A DNA stretch of 64,000 nucleotides, taken from Moniliella sp. 'wahieum' (Eukaryota). Under the pieces are notes generated by a model. It was not told where the DNA came from. It made no database searches and saw only the letters and a program-made list of their open reading frames with translations. Positions 58,348 through 64,000 of this stretch are shown here, piece after piece. Where the stretch lies: positions 124,001 to 188,000 of the forward strand of contig RSEE01000044.1 of NCBI GenBank assembly GCA_003971905.1, read 5' to 3'. Positions within the stretch are counted from its first letter, which is position 1. Every line of letters starts with the position of its first letter. The position numbers and the translations under genes were made by a program.

Positions 58348-59575
58348 TTACACCTTGGGTGTAGCTGGCGAGTCAATCTCGTCTGCATATTTGGCCAAAA
58401 AGTCATAGATCGAATCGTCTAGGAACTTGGCATCCACCGCACTATCGCCCGGTCCCCCCCCAATGACCAAAGATACTTTCGATGACCTTGAGCTCAGCGC
58501 GGGGGATCGCCTTCGTTTCCGCCTCGCTGTCCTCGGGGGGGAAGTAAAGGTCGGTGCGGCAGGGCAGAATGAGCACACGTGCTTGGATCGCTTCGAGTGC
58601 GCGCTGGAAAGCCAAATCATCTTGCTCGGTTATCGGGCCAAAATCACCAAACGTTCCCATGCGTCCCCCCTGGGAAGGTGGCACGTCGCGCTTCGACGCG
58701 CCGGCGTACAAGGGCTGCGCACCAATGTCGGCATGCGCCCCGTCCATACATGACGAAGGACATTGTTGGCGTCTTTGGAGGTGGCCCACTTTTCCCAAAA
58801 GTTGACCAGGAACGCGTTGAGATCAGGGTAGTTAAACGGCGGCTTGGTGTACAGGCGGGCCCGGTAAAACGGCTGAGAAAAGCCCCATCCGGCATACACC
58901 CGTCCCATTGCCTCCAGGCCCTGGGTAGGAGGGGCATGGGGAGAATAGGTGCCTTCAGCAAAGGTTTGGTCGGTCACGATGGCCTTGCGAACACTGTCAA
59001 TAAACACTTGGTTGTGCACGCTCGTCCGCGCCGCCCCACAAAAGGGGAAGGCATGCGTCACCATGTCGGGGTACTGCGACGCCCATTGGAACGTTTGACC
59101 GCACCCATGGACAGCCAACGACGATCAACTTTGACTTGCCCAGGTGGCGCACCAGTTGGTGCTGCGCACGCACATTGTCGTACATGGTGGTGTTGGGGAA
59201 GTTGGCGCCTGCCTGGGCGCCGGGCGTGTTGCTCGGACTGGACGACTCGCCGTTGCCAAAGAGCGCGACCGAGACAATGAAGAACTTGGCGGGATCCAGC
59301 GCACGGCGCGGATGGGCAGGGGTGCTGATGAGCCACTCGTTGCCCTGGGAGAACCAACGTGTGAGAAGGACGGCAAGGGGGGGGGGGGGGAAGGAGGCAC
59401 GTACCTCGGTGAGCGTGCCGGTGAACCAGGTGGGGAAGAGGATGAGGGGGTTGGAGGGCTGGCCATACGTCTTGTATGCCAGGTAGGCGTCCTTCAGCAC
59501 CACTCCGCTCTGCAGCTCAAAGTCGCCCAGGGCAAATGTCTGCGCTGCCGCATCGGCCTGGGTTGGGGCGGGCAT
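58348..59575 (-). CDS. Homoserine O-acetyltransferase (MetX)-like alpha/beta hydrolase
   Basis: FALGDFELQSGVVL..LAYKTYG, ALDPAKFFIV..GNGESSSPSN, DNVRAQHQL, nucleophile VVG.SMGA (across an indel), QWASQYPDMV, DLYFPPED and SIFGHWGG. Intron at about 59348-59404. Confidence 0.88.
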
Positions 59576-60104
59576 GGCGGGGGCGGAGGGGGGGCGGGTG
59601 TGCGAGAGGGGGGAAGCGAGGCCTGGCGATCATATATCAGCCCCAGGCGGACATGCGCTATCAGTACACCAGGACTGGTTCGCACCTGGGCCTCCCCCAG
59701 TCGGCTGTGTCGTGGATCCTACTTAGATTTGCCAGCACTGGAAGGGAGCCGTGCACGAGCCCAGTCTGAGCTGTGAGCGGTCGGAGCATCCCACTGGGCG
59801 AGTGCCGCACTTTGATTGAATACGCGCCCTGCCTCGCCTCTCACGTGGAGCTGGCAGGCTGCGCCCCAGTCAGCACATGTGCAAGTTTCAGACGCCTCCG
59901 CTCACGCCTCATTTTACATTTCAATCGTGCCAGCCTGCTGCTCGGCGGAACGGCGGAACGTGCCATCCGTTCCGCCGCGCCCGCAAGAAGCTCTCCTTCT
60001 TTCCCAGGCCGGCGCTGCTGCCGCTGCGCTTCGACATCCCCTGTCCTGTCTTTCCTGTCCTCTTCTGGACGACGACGACGACGACCCCCGCGGCGGCGAT
60101 AACC

Positions 60105-61605
60105 ATGGCTGGATCCCTCGTTCCGCTGCAGCTGGCAGTCCGCTCTGCCCGCCGCTCTCCGCTTGCCCTCACCCGCGGCCTGAGCACACTCCGCTCTGCC
60201 TCGGCCTTGGCCTACCCCACCGCCGCCTCCCTCCGCGCCCCGGCCCACCGCCCGCGCCGTACGCTTACTACCGCTGCCGACGATGCCTTTTCCCCGCCAG
60301 CGTCGCGGCGAGGCACGTAAGCACGCTTACCGTCTCGTCGTCGTCGGCGGCGGCACTGCCGGCCAGGCCGTGGCCAAGGAGGTCGCCAAGTCGGGGTACT
60401 TCCCGACGGACGGGGCTGCGGAGATCCTTGTGATTGACCCGGCCGAGTTCCATGACTACCAGCCAGGCTGGACTCTTGTTGGTGGCGGTGTGCGCACTCG
60501 CGAGGAAGGTCGTCGGAGTATGAAGGAACTTACTGTCACCGAAGCTGTGCCTGGCAAGACGGCCGGAATCGATTACTTGGCCGACTCAGTCGCCACTTTC
60601 GCTCCCGAGACAAACGAGATCAAGACGCGCGACGGTCGCACGATCGCCTACGAGCAGCTGGTTGTTGCTCCTGGTATCAAGACCAACTGGGATGCCATTG
60701 AGGGTCTTCCTGACGCTTTGGCTCACCCCAAAGAGACCGGTGTGGTCTGCATCTATGGCTACAACACTGTTCCCCACGTCTTCCCGGCTATTGAGGCGCT
60801 CACCAAGGGCCAGGCTATCTTTACCCAACCGGCTGCCGTGATCAAATGCGCCGGAGCCCCGCAAAAGATCATGTGGATGGCGTTGGACCACTGGAAGCGA
60901 GCGGGCCAGTTTCGCCGTCGGATCCCACCAAGGGTGTCAAAGTCTCTTTCCTCGATGGGTTGCCAACGATGTTTGGCGTGCCCAAGTACAGTGCGGTTTT
61001 GGAGGAGCTGCGCAAGGAACGCCAGGTTGAGGGTTTGTTCAACACCAACCTTGTCAAGATCGATGCAGGAAAGAAGGTGGCCACCTTTACCACCTCTGAC
61101 GGTGGTTCGTTGGAGCGTGCCTACGATCTGCTGCATGTCTCGCCCCCCATGGGCCCGCTTGACTTTATCAAGAACTCCCCTCTTGCCGCTGAACAGGGCG
61201 GGTTTGTTGATGTCGACCCGGCCACGACGCAGCACACTAAGTACAAGAACATTTGGTCGCTTGGTGACTCGTCGTCCCTTCCTACCTCCAAGACGACCGC
61301 TGCGATTACCGCCCAAGCGCCTGTCACGGTAGCCAACATGCTCTTCACCATGGCCAACCCCGGTACGACGGAGCTGCCTGCTGCGTACGACGGCTATACC
61401 TCTTGCCCGCTCATCACCGAGTACGGTAAAGTGCTCTTGGCTGAGTTTAAATACGGTGGGCAGCCCAAGGAGTCGTTTGCCAAGTTTGGCATCGACCAAG
61501 GCGAGCCCATGCGCGCATTCTGGTACCTGAAGAAGGAATTTTTCCCTCGCGTCTACTACAGCTCCATGGTCAAGGGCAACTGGGCTGGGTCTAAGGGATG
61601 GCTTA
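60105..61605 (+). CDS. Sulfide:quinone oxidoreductase (SQR, Hmt2-like) moiety
   Basis: Mitochondrial presequence from ATG 60105, FAD motif VVVGGGTAG, YQPGWTLVGGG, catalytic cysteines in IKCAGAPQKIMW and YDGYTSCPL, WSLGDSSSLPTSKTTAA, LAEFKYG and C-terminal MVKGNWAGSKGW. No in-frame stop follows. Confidence 0.96.
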
Positions 61606-62248
61606 ACCCCAAGACGCTGGCCCCAGCGACGAACACCCGCAGTATGCACACTGCAGCTCGCGCCAGTTTAACGACTCCCCTTCCGATGGGGGGGCAGCGT
61701 CGTTCCTTCTCTACTTCGCACGTGGCAGGGCGCCATTCGCATGTGACCCCCGTTCGGCGTAGCCGCGACCCTCTGGAAGAGGACAAGAAAGCGGGCTGGA
61801 GCCGGTTGCCGACGGGTGAAACGTTTGTGGTGCGCGCCTCCGTCGGTGGAGCCGCCGGAGAGCACGACGATGGTCCTGTCTCCGATCCTGGATGGCAAAG
61901 ATGCCAGGACGGGCACGGACGACTCGGTGGGGGATGCGCCGCTGCCGCCTCCTACGCGCCGTGAGACCCAGCCGTTGCAACGCCGGCCGCGAACACCGCG
62001 TCAGACCCCGTTGACCGCCGCGGACATCATTGCGATCCAGCGCTTGCGCACCTCGGACCCGGTCAAGTACAACATCTACGCCCTGGCGCGCATTACAGCG
62101 TCAAGCCGCTCTGGATCCGTATGGTCGCTCGGCCACCCCGCGTACGCGTGAGCACGCGATCATGGTCGATGATGAGCGGCGCAAGCGGTGGTCGATTGCG
62201 AAGCGGATCAAGTACGCCGAGCGCATCGAGAGGAGGAAGCTGTGGTGA
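61606..62248 (+). CDS. MRPL20: Mitochondrial ribosomal protein mL58 (Mrpl20)-like moiety, in frame with SQR
   Basis: RDPLEED..ETFVVR(A)PPS..SPIL..PLPPP..LTAADIIAIQRLRTSDPVKYNIYALAR..IRMVA..RKRWSIAKRIKYAERIERRKLW*. This follows the fungal MRP-L20 pattern (LT..DI..I..LR..DP......LA..., ending RR..W). Confidence 0.85.
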
Positions 62249-63069
62249 GCCGCTCGCTGTGGTCCCTAGGGATCGCGTTCAAAATTTTGCTTCCTTTTTC
62301 TGGGCCATGGTACGGGTGGAGGTGGTGTGCGAGGCCTGTTCAGAGGAGCGACAAGGGTGCAAATGCTGTGTTCTGTGAAGCGAGTAGGGCTCTTTAACAC
62401 TGCACTCGCCAGCGTGGCTCGTCGTGTCGAGGAAGCGTCTCCCTCTTTTTGAATCCATACTGGCATTCGCCAAAAAAACACAAAACACAGGGACGTTGGC
62501 GAGACCCCCGATCCCTTGGGGCTATCGATGCGGAGAGATAGAGGAGGAATCGCCACAGATAGTGAGTGCTATCGATGACGGGGTCGGGGATGCTTGGGGG
62601 GTGAGGCAGGGTAGAGGACGGAACAGCAAGGGAGAACGATGACGAACAATACTCTGTACGGCGCTTCTCATCAGCTTCATCCGTACCCCTAGGGCTAGAT
62701 TCAATTTGGAGACGAATTTAATGGCGGCAGCCAGGGTTCCTGACTTACTGGCAACACCATTGGTCTCCTACTAGGGGGAGCGCGAGTGGTCTGCAAATAT
62801 GCCGGGGCGAGCGAGGGGACGTCGGTGATCGCCACCCGCTCGGCCTGATCCTCGTAGGCGAAGAGGAGGAGTGACTAGTGATGTAACCAAGGCCGAAGGC
62901 CTATGAATCAGCCTGAAATCGATGATCGATCTGATGCGATGCTATCCCATTTTGCGGAGTGTTTCGTGCTTTTTTTACGGTGCATTAGCTAATCATCCTC
63001 GCGCCATCCTTCTCGCCTCAGAGGCCGAAGCAATGGACTTAGGGGCGACGGTATTCGTGTCTTGCCACG

Positions 63070-64000
63070 ATGGCCCTAGTCCGTGCCCTCTCCGCCTCAA
63101 CTCTTCCATCCACCACCCGTTCTGTTCCCCTCCTACGACATTCCACTTTTCCTCTCCCTCATTTCGACGAATCGCCACTTCCTGCCCCCGACATGGAAGT
63201 TGGGATCCGGAAAGGGGGTCCAGGACACGTGCGATGTCTTAATCTTGGTGCCGGTCCAGCCGGACTCAGCGCAGCAATCAAGGCTGCCCAACTGGCTCAG
63301 GAGGAAAAGGACACAGTGCGGATCAGCGTGCTTGACGTTCCTTTCTCGCCCGTTGCGTGGGCAGGAACGTACGATGTGGTCAATACCAGTGCACTGCAAA
63401 GTCTGTTGCCGTCGTGGCAGGCTTCGCAGGCCCAGTTGAGCTGCACACCACTTACGGATGAGCGCGCCTACTTTCTCACTCCTTCCCGCCACTATCCCCT
63501 TTCACTGAAGAAGTTTCGGGGTTGACATCGACGGGCCTGCGGGACCGACAGATCGTCTCTACGACGGCGCTCATCGCGGCCTGGCTAAAGAGGCATCACG
63601 CATGGGGGTGAACATTGTGCCGGCCCAGCAGACGGACGTGATATGGGAGCGACGCCCGAATCGAATCGGCACACAAGATTGGGGTGGCAGGGGTGCTGGC
63701 GGACAAGAAGGAATGGGCAGCGCCGGTGACGCTCCTGGCTGATGGGCTGGAAGGTACGACGAGTGCGGCGGTGGTTGCTGACGCGACTCTTTTTCCCGCC
63801 ACCAAGGGGATACGTTCCAACGCTTCTTTCTACGAGCAAATTTGGCGTGTCGGTCCGGAGCACCATACCCAGGGAGTGTGTTCCATACAATCGGCTGGCC
63901 AGGGAACTACCGTACTTGGTCATTGGCCTCCTTACTTCACCTCGGTGGCCAGGGTCCGACCGACTCGTGTCGGTGCGGCTAGTGAGCGCGGCTATGGGCG
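63070..64000 (+). CDS. Divergent electron transfer flavoprotein:ubiquinone oxidoreductase-like protein (3' truncated by window end)
   Basis: Presequence-like N-terminus, DVLI-GAGPAGLSAAIKAAQLA, ALQSLLPSW, TPLTDERAYFLT, QIVST, APVTLLADG and WRVGPEHH. These motifs are colinear with ETF:QO. Confidence 0.75.

Overview
This is eukaryotic, GC-rich fungal DNA. The acetyl-CoA carboxylase is very Ustilago-like, which suggests a basidiomycete of the Ustilaginomycotina (inference). Genes have short GT..CTRAC..YAG introns. Almost every gene, including essential ones, is broken by scattered 1-nt indels. These most likely come from an unpolished long-read assembly, so CDS coordinates are reconstructed across frames. 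Recognisable genes are a Snf2/Sth1-type remodeller ATPase, a divergent septin, an RPL39-RPL21-RPS9 cluster, a mitochondrial carrier, two alpha/beta hydrolases, ornithine decarboxylase antizyme, PEX13, ACC1, CYT1 head-to-head with a four-exon COX7 that the ORF track captures only as fragments, sulfide:quinone oxidoreductase (SQR) and a divergent ETF:QO. Three observations stand out. (1) SQR runs in frame into mitoribosomal protein mL58 (Mrpl20) through a presequence-like linker, a candidate MPP-cleaved tandem precursor. (2) Intergenic DNA repeatedly carries 6-bp A-N4-T palindromes chained at 7-bp period through T-N-A junctions, with varying cores. (3) The antizyme has a candidate +1 frameshift site, GUG-UGA-U.
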